A stretch of 64,000 nt of DNA from assembly GCA_030390025.1 (NCBI GenBank), contig CM059432.1, positions 131,256,001 to 131,320,000 on the forward strand. Direction: 5' to 3'. Shown here one piece after another: positions 11,214 to 24,648 of the stretch. Below the pieces are notes generated by a model. The model had not been told where the DNA came from. It worked only from the letters and a program-made list of their open reading frames with translations, and searched no databases. Both the position numbers and the translations under genes were made by a program. The first letter of the stretch is position 1. The number at the start of each line of letters is the position of its first letter. Source of the stretch: Squalus acanthias. Its lineage: Eukaryota.

Positions 11214-14189
11214 CATATCGGTCCACTAGATTTTAATCAAACTGGCCAAAAGTCTACTTTCAAGACCCAAATATGACACACTGCATTGATGTATATATAA
11301 ATCCACAAATTGCCAGTATTTTATTGCTCCGATCATTTTCAGCTGTCTCTTTCCCATATTGTTGCCTGAAGTTGTTGCTAATGTCAAATTTATTGTTAAC
11401 CCTTATAAAACTCAGGACATGAAAAAATATTTTTCAATCTGCTTTGTGTGGGTTGTGGAATGTATAATCTATTACCACCATCTTACTGGTAGGAAACCTT
11501 CTAGTCCAGTGAATGAGCTCTTCGGCTTCCCTGAAGCAGATGTTCTTCAAATCTATTTTTTCGGACATTTTCTACATACTGTGGGGAGCTGATCCAAAGC
11601 AAGTAATTCACTCTTGAATCATTTCTCATCTTTATCCTACATAGGATAACAGAGCATTAACAATGCAATCTCTCTTCAGTTTTTCTTCCATCACTGTTGG
11701 CTGTCGTACTGCTTCACAAGTGTGAAAGAAACTGCTTCAATTTTACGTCTATGGGTAGAGGCTCCAGTAAATTCTAGTTACTGAATTAATGATTTCTCAT
11801 GAAAATATTTTAAAAATGCTCATTTAAGTTTCATCTTTTAAGATTTGTCTGAGTTGTAGGAAGACCTTTCCTGCCATTGACTGTCACATTTGGTACCTGA
11901 CACTTGATTGTAATTTTGCACTGTATGAATTCTGTCAAAAATTTCAAGGAATATAATAAAGCATCTGTTCAATAGATTGAAAGAAATCACAACATTTAAA
12001 GATGCTGAATCAGCTCTGCCTGACATGCCTCAGGTGTCAACTCTGCCTGCTGTCGTTCTCACAGGAGAAAATTGTTGAAGTAATGGGGAAATAGGGTAGC
12101 TATTCCATTGCTTCCCATTCTCCAAAGTTCTTTTTCAAAGTCTTCCTTAGGTAAACATAAGCAGTGTTTTTGTACAATTCTTGATCTAGATTCAGGTCCC
12201 AATACGAACCAAGTGATTTAATGCCAAGGCACAGACCAGAAGAAAAGACACTGTACTGTCTTTATACCTCGGTGTTAGTTCATTTAGGACTGATGCAATC
12301 AGCTGTTATCTGCCTACTTGAAAGCCAATGGATATGAACTTACCATCCACCTAGATCAATGTACTTACAATACTGGTGCAGGCTTTGGCCCAGCTGGTGC
12401 AGTCATCTCACCAGTGCTCAGGAAATTGTTTTGTCTCTGCTGGTGCAGTCCTTGTTTTTGTTGCTGCAGTTATCTGTACCCAGGTGACCTCTGACAAGCA
12501 CTCATATTTGCTTCCATCAGCACTGCCTGCACCTTTGGAATAAGGAATAGTCTCAAAATGATATCCATCTGAGTAACTGGTCAGTAAGAACTGCCTCCCT
12601 AAAAGACTGTGGGCTCAGTACTGATTCCACACATTGCTTATTTAATAAGTATATAATCTTTAGCATTGCTGCCCAGTGAGGGTTCCAAAATGAGTCGTAA
12701 TAAAAGCTGTGTGGGAGAATTTGCAATAGCATTTCATAGTAACACTCCCCCAACAGAAGCTTTAACAGATGGGATAGGCTTCCAACAGAGCCATCTTTTG
12801 ACCAATCTAGGCTGAAGTGTCTGCCATTTTGTAACTTACTGAAAATCTCCATTTTAGACATAGCTATTTAAAAAAAGAGATGAAGACAGAAATTTTGCTA
12901 TTTGTCATAAATAGCCTTCAACTTTGGCAGAGGCATAAAATGGGCAATTTTAGATCGTCCACCTTTTATACACCCCACTTGAATGAAGTCAATAGAAAGG
13001 AAAATCGGACAGTGTGTGTAATGGGCAGCTGAACCAATCTCGCCAGTTTTGTGCTCCCACTGGTGTTGAAACTTCCGCCCATCTTCTTAAATAAACAAGT
13101 CCAACCTATCTGCCTTCTTATCATATCCCATAATTCCTTCTCCTTCTGAAATCAGATGTACTTGTCTGTTGCACCCACCTATGCTGTCCACTCCAGTAGC
13201 CTTCCCATGTAATTTATTCCCCATCTTGGGCATCTTTTGGGTGAAATAGTTCTACATGACTTCTCTTCTTGCTCATACAATTTCCCAATTTTCTCCTGCT
13301 GTATGAACCATTTGCAAAATATATACAGGCTGAAAATGCCGGGTTGTTCAGCAGGAATCGGCTGTGCGACAAAGTTTCTGGACTGGCCTTGTAGAAATGG
13401 TGCCTCTGCTCACCCTCACAAGGCCATTGACGTAACAGAACCTAGGCCAGGGACAGGGACTCCCTAAGTTGGAAACTCTCATGCCCTGACCCTCTGTTGG
13501 GACCTGATGCAGGTACACCAGGTACCTCGCGAACATGGGCAGATGTGGGAACCACCTGGGGTTCAAGGCTGGGATTGGCACCTGGATCCACGAAGATAAA
13601 TGCAACAAAACTTTTAAGAAAATATTACAATCAACCCCTTAACACAGAGGGCTGCTGGAAGCAGTCTCTTCCCCTTTCTTTGGGGGTTGGAGTCAACAGT
13701 CTGCCCTCGACCCAGCAGGCATTGGCTGGCATTTCCATTCTGTTCTGTGGGAGGTTGCTCTAGTTGTACCCACAAACCGCCGAAGACCTCCTACTCATGG
13801 CCCCTTCTCATGACCGCGGAAACTTTGGCGAGGCTACAATAGGCACATCCTGGCATTTATGGTTCATTATGGAGCCACGGGCTCCCCAGTGGATATTCTA
13901 GGCCACTGTATAAATATTTTTAATTTTAGATTCTGTTAAATTAGATTTCTTGATATTCTACAGCTTAGTAAATATAATGAAAGGGAAATGTTATGAATTT
14001 ATGTTCCTCAGCAGGGAGTCATAATGGATGGAAAATCGTGGAAGTGCATGGCCAAATTCCCAACATGGCTCTCAGCAGACAAAGCTTATTACTGGGAACA
14101 TGATTTTGTAAAATTACCTTTTAATGTATAAAGGCACAAGAAGGTCAAATCCTGATGTCCTGGCATCAAACATACCTTTAAGAAACTAT

Positions 14190-16412
14190 GGGCTAGAAAT
14201 TCGTGGCCTTAGCATTAAATGGCACTAAAACGGCGGCTGCCACTCTTTCGCCAGCTGCTGGCGGGTCCCGCAGTGGCCACCATTTTGGTCCTTACCTTTG
14301 TGCTGCCGGTAACTGGCAGCGCCATCCCCAACAAAATGGCGGCGTTGTGACATAAATTGGCGTGCAACACTGACTTTACGTCACAAGCACGAACTTCGAC
14401 CCTAGCGCTGAATTCAGCGCTGGGTCCTAAGCATGCCAAGTTAGCCTGGCGTGCAAGCAGGCTGACAGTGGCGATGTCTGCAGCTCTTAAAGGGACACAC
14501 ACATCATTAGGTAAATTTAAATATAAGGTTTTGGACTGTTTTTAAAATGTTTTTATTGAAATGGTGGCTTACTGCAATAGATGTGAAAAGTTTTTTAAGT
14601 TGTAGGGAGTGCTGCTGGATGCTTGCAAGGGCTCAGATGGTAAATGAAGGGCTTTGAGAAGACAGAACATGCTGTGAATACTCAGCAGGTCACACAACAT
14701 CCATGGAGAGAAAAAACGAGTTTATGTCTCAGGTCGAGATGCTGCCTGACCAGCTGAGTATTTCCAGCATTTTATGCTGTCATTTCACATTTACAGCATC
14801 CGCTTGCACAGGGAAGAGGAAGACACAGAAGAGGAGGAAGCAGAAGAGGAGGAATCAGACTGAAGAATACATCCCAGACAGCCCCTTTGTGGCCGGGATA
14901 TTCGGGATGGAACCATCTGCCTCCAGTCCCAGTGACCACAACCCCAATTCCCTTTTCAACATTTGCCCCACAACTTACCTTCCATCTGTTACTGACCATC
15001 ACAATATCTTCTTGGCCTTGATGCTGAAATAAAAGCCACCACAAAGCAAACTTTCCAATCCACCTATATACGTCTATCCATCCAATGTGATATCAAGAAA
15101 TCAACTCATCATCCGAATGCATTCTCTTAGTGACTGTCTTATGTGTGCCTTTGCCTATCCTACTGATGTCACGTAGTGCTACCCCAGTGGCTGCAGCATG
15201 GCTGGTGGAAGGCTGCTGACTTTCAGTGGGGGACACTGCAAATGTCCTTGCTGGTTGACCTTGAGGAGCTGGTGGCTGGGAGTGTCAAATCAATCTTCTT
15301 CTTGTTATTATTATTCTTGTTATTCTTCACGCTCCACTCCCTCTTGGGCACCTACTTGCTGGGCAGGCTGCATTTCTTGGGTGTGTGAAATGAGGAAGGC
15401 ACAAAGGTGGAGTTGTGGTGATGGAAGGGCAGGAAAGCATGAAGAAGGAGGATAACGTGTGAGGATACCAGCATCTTTTATCCTTTCAGCCCTGCTGCTG
15501 GCCAAGGGCTCAGCCATGCCCCTGCCAAGAATGGCCTGCACCGTCTCCTCCAAAGGGTTGAGGTGAGGCTAGGAATGGGAGATGTGCCTCGTGATTGGTG
15601 CATATTGTTGGTAGGTGAGTGACTTGGGGTGGGGGTCGTACATTGAGCATTGTGCAAGGCTATTGGTGCAGTTCGTAGGAGACTGCTTTTGAAGATGCAT
15701 TCACTGACCTTGACCAGTGGTCTGAGGTCATGTAGCTTCTTTGGGCACTGGAGCCAGTTTTGGGGGGGGGGGGCGACACTGCTAGCAGTGATGGCCTCGA
15801 TGATGTACTCCCACATCGTTCTTTCTGGAGGGCCTCTTGGCCACTGTGGGTAGAGGGCCAGTCTTGCAGTGTTGACCCCCTACACAAAGCTGGAGTGCTG
15901 CGTGCAAGACCCTGGGTACCCCTTCCCTGGCTTGCTGAGCCATTTGTGTTAGTGCTGAGGCATTTTTCCCACTTTTTGAGGTTAGGAAGGGAATTCAGCT
16001 TTAAGAACTGAATATTCACATTTGGACTTTTTAATGTTAATTTTTTTTCCAGAAGGCAGAAAGGGCTGAAAACTGCATTGTTTCACTTTATTTTAATTTG
16101 TATTGCTTCAGTGTGCATGGCCCCTTTAATTCTCAGACCTCTTCATTACCCACAATTCCTTGCGAGCTCCACCGCCTTGCTTCCAGAGGCTGTGAGAAGC
16201 TGCAATGCCGCTCCTGGACAGGAACTTCGTCTCGGAGGCCTCCAGCAATGCCACCAGGACAGGTGTTGCACGGAAGATGAGCGCTGCGCCAATAATCTCC
16301 ATGCCCCCCCAGATGAATTATGCCCCGTTAGCGTTGCAGCCATTTTCAGTGGCCGTTAACTCCAGTTGCCAGGTCACCGGCAACTTTACTGGCTAACACG
16401 AATTTCTCCCCC
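14190..16412. mobile_element. Harbinger deletion derivative with decayed Myb exon (-) and transposase 3' remnant
   Basis: TIRs GGGCTAGAAATTCGTG / CACGAATTTCTCCCCC; flanks tat/ttt; WLQCPKKLHDL...VK|gtcagt on - strand at ~15700-15760. Confidence 0.8.
14662..14780. mobile_element. Decayed Penelope-like terminal-repeat inversion
   Basis: acagaacatgctgtgaatactcagcaggtcacacaacatc pairs with gatgctgcctgaccagctgagtatttccagcatttt; family assignment is from memory of shark repeats. Confidence 0.6.
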
Positions 16413-16627
16413 TTTATCCTTGTGATTTTCTCATTAGCAATCTGGATTTCCTCCTACTTGTATGTGAATGAAGAATGGTAGCTATCTTTTTCATGTAGCT
16501 AAAGTAAATTCCAGCTTTAATGCGGCTAAGATTAGATCCTCATACCAATAGATTTATTTTAGAGGGAAGGCTTTCCATGTGCATTGTGAATCATAGTAAT
16601 ATATTTTTATTATGTTTTCTATTGTAG

Positions 16628-16746
16628 ACAGAGTTAGAAGAACTCATACAGAAAATTGAAAAAGATGAACACAATGTCTTTCTGCAACAATTGTTAAGAA
16701 TGTATGGAGAAGAGGAAGTAATGGGAAATATATCAACAAGGTTTAG
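16628..16746 (+). CDS. Host gene A exon (119 nt, phase 0/2): TELEELIQKIEKDEHNVFLQQLLRMYGEEEVMGNISTRF(S)
   Basis: Acceptor tgttttctattgtag, donor AG|GTAATA (an in-phase alternative donor lies at 16741); frame joins both neighbours. Confidence 0.85.
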
Positions 16747-16835
16747 GTAATATACAGTATATGAATAATTTTCCAATTGCAGCCTCCCAGTGTGGAGCCA
16801 CATCTGATGGGAGCACTTATTTGGAAATTAGCTCT

Positions 16836-17312
16836 TGCAGGAGAGGGTACAAAGGAGATTTACGAGGATGTTGCCAGGACGAGAGAATTTTAGCTATGAG
16901 GAAAGATTGGATAGGCTGGGGTTGTTTTCTTTGGAACAGAGGAATTTGAGGGGAGATTTAATTGAGGTGTATGAAATTATGAGGGGCCGATATAGAGTGG
17001 CTAGGAAGGATTTATTTCCCTTAGCAGAAGGGTCAATAACCAGGAGGCATAGATTCAAAGTAATTGGTAGAGGGATTAGAAGGGAGTTGAGGAGAAATGT
17101 TTTCACCCAGAGGGTGGTGGGGGTCTGGAACTCACTGCCTGAAAGGGTGGTAGAGGCAGAAACCTTCACCACATTTAAAAAGTACTTGAACATGTACTTG
17201 AAGTGTCATAACCTACAGGGCTACAGACCAAGAGCTGGAAAGTGGAATTAGACTGGACAGCTCTTTTTCGGCCGGCACAGACATGATGTGTAAATTTCTG
17301 TGATTCTATGAT
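16836..17312 (+). mobile_element. CR1 LINE 3' fragment
   Basis: ERVQRRFTRMLPG...VVGVWNSLPERVV, same subfamily as 9220-10221; tail attctatga. Confidence 0.93.
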
Positions 17313-17677
17313 GTCTATATTGATTAAAGCTTTACACTAAATGAAACATTTTCTCTCAGAATAACCGAATAATCTAAATAATCCAGCAACATCATGATAG
17401 CCTAGAACTTACTGTTGCCGATAGTAGTGCATAAACACAGAACATTCATACAACATTCCTGTCTACTATTTTAGTGGAGACATTAAGCCATTTAAAATAA
17501 ATGGGTTATCTCCTGCATTAAAATAGCAGAGAAATGTCTTACAAATGTGTTAGGTGTTTATCCACTAATATCAAGAACAGTCATTTGTAGGTTAAAACTA
17601 GTAAAGAAAATCTCATTCAGCAATGCTTTGTGCTTTACAATATTTCATAATAGTAGCAGATATAATTGGTAAACAAT

Positions 17678-18441
17678 GGCCCAGAAATTAAACATCGATG
17701 GTTCCCGCGGGGGTAAGGATTCCCCGCGATATCGCACTCCGCGCCTACCTTTTTGTTTCGGGCCCACACGAACTTCAGTTTCAGGGCCTCTCCCTGTTGC
17801 AACCGTGCAGTGCTTGCGTGTCCCAGAGGCGCAATTAGTTCGTGCGAGCTCTGGGATCACGTGATTCAGTTAGAGCCAATGGCAGCACACCATCTTTCAT
17901 TCATAGTTTTGACAGCAAGGGCTGTCAAAGCTATGAATACTACAAGCCCCCAAAAGAACAGCTAAACCTCAATTAAATTTTTAAAAAAGCCATCACATTA
18001 ATAAAATAACTATAGTTAAATAAATTAACCACTTTAAACAAAAAATTAAATTTTTGAAAAAATTTAAAATCTTTTTAGAAGTTATAAAAATAAACTTACC
18101 CTTCTTTAAAGTCTCTAAAAAAGTTAAACCTGTTGAAAACAATTTAAAATAACACTTAATTAACTACTTACCTTGTTAAAAGGGGGTCCTACGCCTGCTT
18201 TCTTTATGTGTAAAATCTTCACCACTTACCTGCGCGTTCAAACCTGAAAAAAAAACTAAGTGCACTGCGTGCGCACAACCTGTAGTGCGCACGCGGTTCA
18301 CTTAGGAACCGCCCCCTTTGCAATACACGAAGTGCCGGTTTCCCGCGCATGCGCAGTGCATGCAGGAAACCGGCAATTCGGGACCTAATACGCGAGAGTA
18401 CACAGTGCGTACTCTCGCGTATTAGGTCTAATTTTCGGGCC
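17678..18441 (-). mobile_element. Harbinger-type MITE, family X copy 1 (splice donors on - strand)
   Basis: TIRs GGCCCAGAAATT / AATTTTCGGGCC; AAT TSD; homologous to 54269-55022 and 58247-58990. Confidence 0.88.
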
Positions 18442-18569
18442 AATGTTCCTTATTCTAGTTATTGTGTTCTGGGTTGACTCGACAATCAAGAAAAGTCACA
18501 GGGAGACTTGTCCCTTTGGAACATTTTTAGTGCAGAACGACGTGACTTTTCCACTAAAAAGTGGGATCT

Positions 18570-20285
18570 ACATAAGAACATAAGAAATAGGAGCAGGAGT
18601 AGGCCATTCGGCCCCTCGAGCCTGCTCTGCCATTCAATATGATCATGGCTGATCTTCTAATCTTCTACCTCAACTGCACTATCCCTAAATCCCTTGATTC
18701 CCTTAATATCCAAAAACCTATGGATCTCTGTCTTAAATATACTCAACGACTGAGCCTCCACAGCCCTCTGGGGTAAAGAATGCCAAAGATTCACCACCCT
18801 CTGAGTGAAGAAATTTCTCCTCATCTTGGTCCTAAATGGTCGACCCCTTATTCTGAGACTGTGACCTCTGGTTCTAGACTCTCCAGCCAGGGAAAACATC
18901 CTCCCTGCATCTACCCTGTCAAGCCCTGTAAGAATTTTGTATGTTTTAATGAGATCAACTCTCATTCTTCTAAACTCTAGAGAATATAGGCCTAGTCTAC
19001 TCAATCTCTCCTCATAGGACAATCCCCCCATCCCAGGAATCTGTCTGGTGAACCTTCGTTGCACTCCCTCTATGGCAAGTATATCCTTCCTTAGGTAAGG
19101 AGACCAAAACTGTACACAAAACTGTACAGGTGTGGTCTCACCAGGGCCCTATATAATAGCAGTAAGACATCTTTACTCTTATACTCAAATCCTCTTGTAA
19201 TAAAGTCCAACATACCATTTGCCTTCCTAATTGCTTGCTGTACCTGCATGTTAACTTTAAGTGATTCGTGTACAAGGACACCCAGGTCTGTCTGAATACC
19301 AATATTTCCCAATCTCTCAACATTTAAAAAATATTCTGCTTTTCTATTTTTCCTACCAAAGTGGATAACTTCACATTTCTCCACATTATATTCCATGTTC
19401 TTGCCTACTCACTTAGCCTGTCTGTATCCCGTTGAAGCCTCTTTGCATCCTCCTCACAACTTACATTCCCACCTAGCTTTGTATCATCAGCAAACTTGGA
19501 TATATTACATTTGGTCCCCTCATCCAAATCATTGATATATTGTGAATAGCTGAGGCCCAAGCACTGACCCTTGCAGTACTCCACTAGTTACAACCTGCCA
19601 ACCCGAAAATGACCTGTTTATTCCTACTCTCTGTTTTTTGTCCGTTAACCAATCCTCAATCCATGCTAGTATATCACCCCCAATCCCATTAGCCCTAATT
19701 TTGTTTAATAACCTCTTGTGTGGCATCTTATCGAATGCCTTCTGAAAATTCAAATAAACCACATCCACTGGTTCCCCTTTATCTATTCTGCTAGTTACAA
19801 CCTCAAAAAATCAACAGATTCGTCAAACATGATTTCCCTTTCATAAATCCGTGTTGACTCTGCCCAATCCTATTATTATTTTCTAAGTGCCCTGTTACCA
19901 CGTCCTTAATAATAGATTCTAGCATTTTCCCTACTACTGATGTCAGGCTAACTGGTCTGCAGTTCCCCATTTTCTCTCTCCCTCCTTTCTTAAATAGTGG
20001 GGTTACATTTGCTTCCTTCCAATCCACAGGAACCATTCTAGAATCTATGGAATTTTGGAAGATGACAACCAATGCATCCACTATCTCCATAGCCACCTCT
20101 TTCAAAACCCTAGGATGTAGGCCATCAGGTCCAGGGGATTTATCGGCTTTCAGTCCCATTAATTTCTCCAGTACTATTTTTTTACTAATACTCATTTCTT
20201 TCAGTTCCTCATTCTCGCTAGACCTTTGGTTCTCCACTATTTCCGGGAAGTTTTTTACGTCCTCTTCCGTGAAGACAGACACAAA
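18570..20285 (-). mobile_element. CR1/HER1 LINE 3' 1.7 kb (RT domain, decayed)
   Basis: KSPGPDGLHPRVLKE, QHGFMKGKSC, DVVYLNFQKAFD and QGSVLGP motifs; (cataagaa)n tail. Confidence 0.95.
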
Positions 20286-20607
20286 GGGCTGGATTTTCAT
20301 TGATCTGTGGAGGCGGGTTTGGAGGCGTGTGGGGGGTTAAAATTGCGAAAACTGGCGGGTGGGCACAAGTCCTCCTCCATCCCGCCTCCACGCAATTTTC
20401 ATAAAATCGTGTCTGCTGGTCCCGACTCCGTCCCGCCTCTAAGAGATGGGATAGGTTGTTAAGGCCCTTAACAAGCACTAAATTGGCTCTATAATGCCAT
20501 TTTGAAAGGCCTTTGTTATTTTAACCCTTGTACGTGAAGCACGCCTGTTCTGAAACGCGATTGTGAAACCTGGCGGGAGCACATTTGGCTGGAGATCGAT
20601 CGATCGA

Positions 20608-20644
<37 letters not shown>
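20286..20644. mobile_element. Truncated Harbinger MITE ending in a (CT)n microsatellite
   Basis: Left TIR GGGCTGGATTTT; homologous to the left half of 36910-37669, including the CT tract. Confidence 0.8.
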
Positions 20645-20649
<5 letters not shown>

Positions 20650-21621
20650 CTTCTGAATTTTCCACTCTTGGTCACTCTATGTTGCAAATCTTCCTGCTAT
20701 ATCCTCACTGTGTTGAAATCAAAATTCATTGAACAGTCTTCTACTCTAACTTATTCTTTCTCAAAATCTGAAAACTATAGATTCCCTTATCTCTCTCAAT
20801 TTTGCTTTCCTCCTTCAACCGCCAAGCTTTTAAAACCCAAGCTTGATGTCACCTACGTACTATTTCCTGATTTACCTCATCTTTTACTCTTTTCAACCTT
20901 GGCGATGCTCCTGCTCTTGGATCTTGGCCCTTCAGCTGGTTTCCCAATAAGTAAACAAAAAAAATCGACTGTGTCACTGTAGTGTATAGCAACACAGATA
21001 AGATCAGCTTGGTGGTGAGTAAAATGAGTACAAATTTAATAGTCAGAAATGGGCTATGTCCCAAATGGATTTTTTTTCATAAATGGGTAGTACTGGAAGG
21101 AAAATATCCAGGACTAACATTCTATTGCATTCTTTCATGATGCTATTCACAGAAATAAGTAACATTGTTGAGGTAAGTGATAATGTATTCTTGTACATGT
21201 AATAACATATATTGCTGAATGTGGTATTCCAATGAATAGAGTACCATTTTTGCCCAGAAAGTTGCTGGTGCTATTGTTACTATTGATTACAGAATTCTGT
21301 CAATATACTTTTCTATTCACATGGTCTCATCAGAATTGCTGCTACATTGTTAAATCTGTGATAATTGTATGTAGTAGTTAATATTGAGCTGTTAATCATG
21401 AAACATAATTAATTCATTGTATATATTATAATAAACATCAGTAGTTTTGCTATTAGATGACAGTAAAAATTCGGTAACTAGTCATGCACATTCAGATGAG
21501 CATGCAGACAAAATTAGTAATACTAAGAAAGAAGAGCCTTACTGTGTGATGTGGGACATTAATCCCAATCATTAGTTACCTAATTATATTGGGATTATTT
21601 GATGTTCTTCTTTTCTTTCAG

Positions 21622-21782
21622 TGAGGAAAGGGTGTCAGTGATACTGAAAAACTTAATAAACTTACAGAAAGCTGTCACAATGCTCCACAGACAGCAGGAT
21701 GACAGTTATGATCGCCTAAAGAATAGCATTGAGAAGCTGACTAAACTATTAGAAACGGAGTTAAACTACATACCTAGGAAAG
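21622..21782 (+). CDS. Host gene A exon (161 nt, phase 2/1): EERVSVILKNLINLQKAVTMLHRQQDDSYDRLKNSIEKLTKLLETELNYIPRK
   Basis: Strong acceptor ttcttcttttctttcag, donor AG|GTACAG; heptad coiled-coil pattern. Confidence 0.87.
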
Positions 21783-21896
21783 GTACAGCAAATACATCAA
21801 TCACTGCTTTCACATTTACTTAATGGTTTAAATATATTGTAGAACTTTTGTATTCATATGCGAGGCAAGAGGTAATTTTATGGATCCAAACACCTA

Positions 21897-22789
21897 GGGG
21901 TAAAAATTCACTTGGTTGCGCCACCCGTTAGCGCCTTAAGAGGGCGCTAATGGGGCGCAAAGCCGCTAACGCCCGGGCGCAGCGATGTTTGCGCCGCTCG
22001 AGAACTTAACTTGAGATTGTGCGGCGGCGCTAAAACTTACCGCTGCGACCACCTGCGCGCGCAGATTGTGATGTCATTCCATGGTGCAACGCCCTTGGGG
22101 CGCCACGTAGCGTAAATTGAGTGGCGCCCCCTGCCTTACCGCCTGGCGCTTCCAACGACCAGAAGACTGGAACGCTATCAATCGCTGTGGGGCTGGGGGG
22201 GGCGCTATTTAAAGGGGGCCTCTTCCTGTCTTTTATTGTTGGTGACATTTTTGAACTACGCATTCTGAGAGAGAGAGGGAGAGACTTCTGGAGAGATTCA
22301 ACGTTGTGTGAAGGAGTTTTGGGTACTGAGCAGCACTTTGCAGGTTCATTTTGATTTGCCATTCCTTGTATCGATTTAGCAGAGACCGTGGGAGCTGCAC
22401 TCTGAGCTCTTTGCCTGGTGCTCTCCATTGTTCTTTCCAGCACATTTGATGTACAGGTCTCTCCAGGCCGAGATTCAAGGCAGCAATGAACAGGATGTGG
22501 ATGGAAAGCAAGATTAACCATCCCCTTTAAGAACTGGCCCGTGCCATTGTGTGTGTGTTCCATTGCTGACTGACATTACATGAGCTTCGCCAGCGCTCCG
22601 AGTTAGCGCCTCACTGCTCGGCCTTTGCGCCTTAAGAGAGGTGTGCAGCGCCTGCTTTAGCGCTCCACTCACCTCCCGGGGCGGTAAAAGTGAAGTTTCC
22701 CGTCAGTGCCGATAATTAGCGCCAGGCGCTAATATTTGCGTCCGGACGATATTTGCGCCCCAAATGGGGCACGACCTAATTTCTACCCC
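21897..22789. mobile_element. Harbinger MITE family Y copy 1
   Basis: TIRs GGGGTAAAAATT / AATTTCTACCCC; CTA TSD; GCGC-rich subterminal palindromes; inverted relative to 28212-29092. Confidence 0.9.
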
Positions 22790-22897
22790 CTAGTGTGCAG
22801 CTTAGCTGCCAGATGCGCTTATGGGAAATTTTGGAAAATCATGGGAACCATGCACCCAAATTCCTGATAGGGATGATTCTGTGATCCAACACACCAA

Positions 22898-24648
22898 GGG
22901 CTGGATTTTTCCAAAGTTGGCGGGTCCGGGGCGGGCGACGTCAGTGGCGTGTGGGGACCTCGCATCTGTCTCGATCCTGGCCTACAACAAGATATTCCGA
23001 TGATGGGCCTTATTAAGCCCACCCTGCAAGGTTCCCGGCCAATTAATAGGAAGCGGGTCTGATGACGCGTCATCAGCAGGTTTTCTTAAAGTGGCCATGT
23101 CCAAATTGATTTTGACAGTTCTGCTGCCAGTGTTCTGCAGCATTGAGGTGCTGCAAACACTGACAAGCACTGCATAAAGGTGCACGGCTACACCCAGGCT
23201 CTCCCATTACTCCCTCCATCTGCTTATGGAGGAAATCACAGCACATAGGGAGGTTCTCTTCCCTTCCAATGGGCGGAAGGCACTTCCCCAGGACACCAAG
23301 ACAGCCTGGTTGCACATTGCACAGGAGGACACAAGCAGGGATGTCGTCAGGAGGACCTGGCTGCAGTAGCGCAAATCTTTCAATGATCTCAGTAGATCAC
23401 GAAACGTTATTGCAGAGCCACACTCAACCTCATCCTGCTGTGCCACTCATCACATTCCCATCATTCTGCCTTCCCTTCCCTACTCTTGCACATCTTTACT
23501 CACACCAACTTACCTTGCACCTCCACCCATCCCTCTCTATCTACATTATCACTTCCCCAACTCACTAGCCACCCCTCATACTCACCCTCATCCTATTGCA
23601 AGAATACCAACTAACAACACACAAGGGTAGGCACTTGGGTGGTTTAGCCAATATTCATGTGAAGTTTCTGGTAATGTGCTATCAAACATTGATATCTTTA
23701 TTTTCAACACTTTGCGTTCTTCGACAGATTTGTGTGCACCTTTGAAAGTGTCTTAGTGAGTTGTAGTGAATGGTGAGACATAACGTCCCCCCACCCCAAT
23801 AGTGATGAGTGTGAAAGAAATGGCTTGGACATTGTAGGGATGCTTTATGGTGCTGGTGTGGGGTGGTGCCAACCTGGTGTACAGTGTTAAGTGAAGCTAA
23901 TCTGGACATGGTGAGCCCATCTCTAGCGTCCCGGGCAGCAATGTGCACGGGTGATGATGCCCTGTGTCCAGTGCAGCATCATTGGATTGCGGAGAAGGTT
24001 GGTGTGGATGTTGGTGCTACTGGTGTGCCCGGTGGTGCTGGGGCTGATAGTTTTGGGATTCTGAGGACCAAGGTGAGATTTTTTCAAGAGCACCAATGCT
24101 GATGAAATAGATGGCAGGTGAGGTTGAGATGACCGAAGTAATCTGTCATTGTTGAGATAGGTTGTTCCAAGGAGATGACAGTGGATAGAGAGATTACTCC
24201 AAACACTTCAAAAGTGCATAAAGCTCAAAAGTGGGTTCTAAATACTGAAGGCTGAAGCTTCTGAGATTGGAAACTGACCAGCTGTAAAATGGCAGGTTTT
24301 AAACCACTTTTGCAGCTGTCACCTATTGAAAGAAATGGAGAGTTGTTCAGAACCCGATATACTTACCTGTTGTGATCCCCGAGTGACGGGAACCTCATGG
24401 AAAACTTGGCAAAATGCTTTGGAACTGGAAAAATGGGGATTTAATTACTTGAAACACCCTCCTAACAAGCAACAATTGAATGACCCACCGCTTAGTGCCG
24501 TGTCTACAAAGCGCAGGCAGAAACGGCACTTGGGAAACTGACAAGGAAGCGGGTTCAGAGCGGGATACCAGCCCGCTGTCAATCTTTTTGATTTCGACAG
24601 CGGACCCACCTCCAAACCTGCCCTCTGAGTGCTGGCAAAATTCAGCCC
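22898..24648 (+). mobile_element. Harbinger deletion derivative (decayed Myb exon 1 on +, transposase ends on -)
   Basis: TIRs GGGCTGGATTTT / AAAATTCAGCCC; CAA TSD; left part homologous to 611-1400, right end homologous to 3365-3470 in reverse. Confidence 0.88.

Noticed and set aside
20563..20982. 139-aa ORF with an SL repeat (also 37155-37484)
   Set aside because: Translation of (CT)n microsatellites in MITEs.
22030..22563. Duplicated novel protein gene (with 28438-28818)
   Set aside because: Both lie inside inverted copies of one MITE and their ORF ends differ; similarity reflects the repeat.
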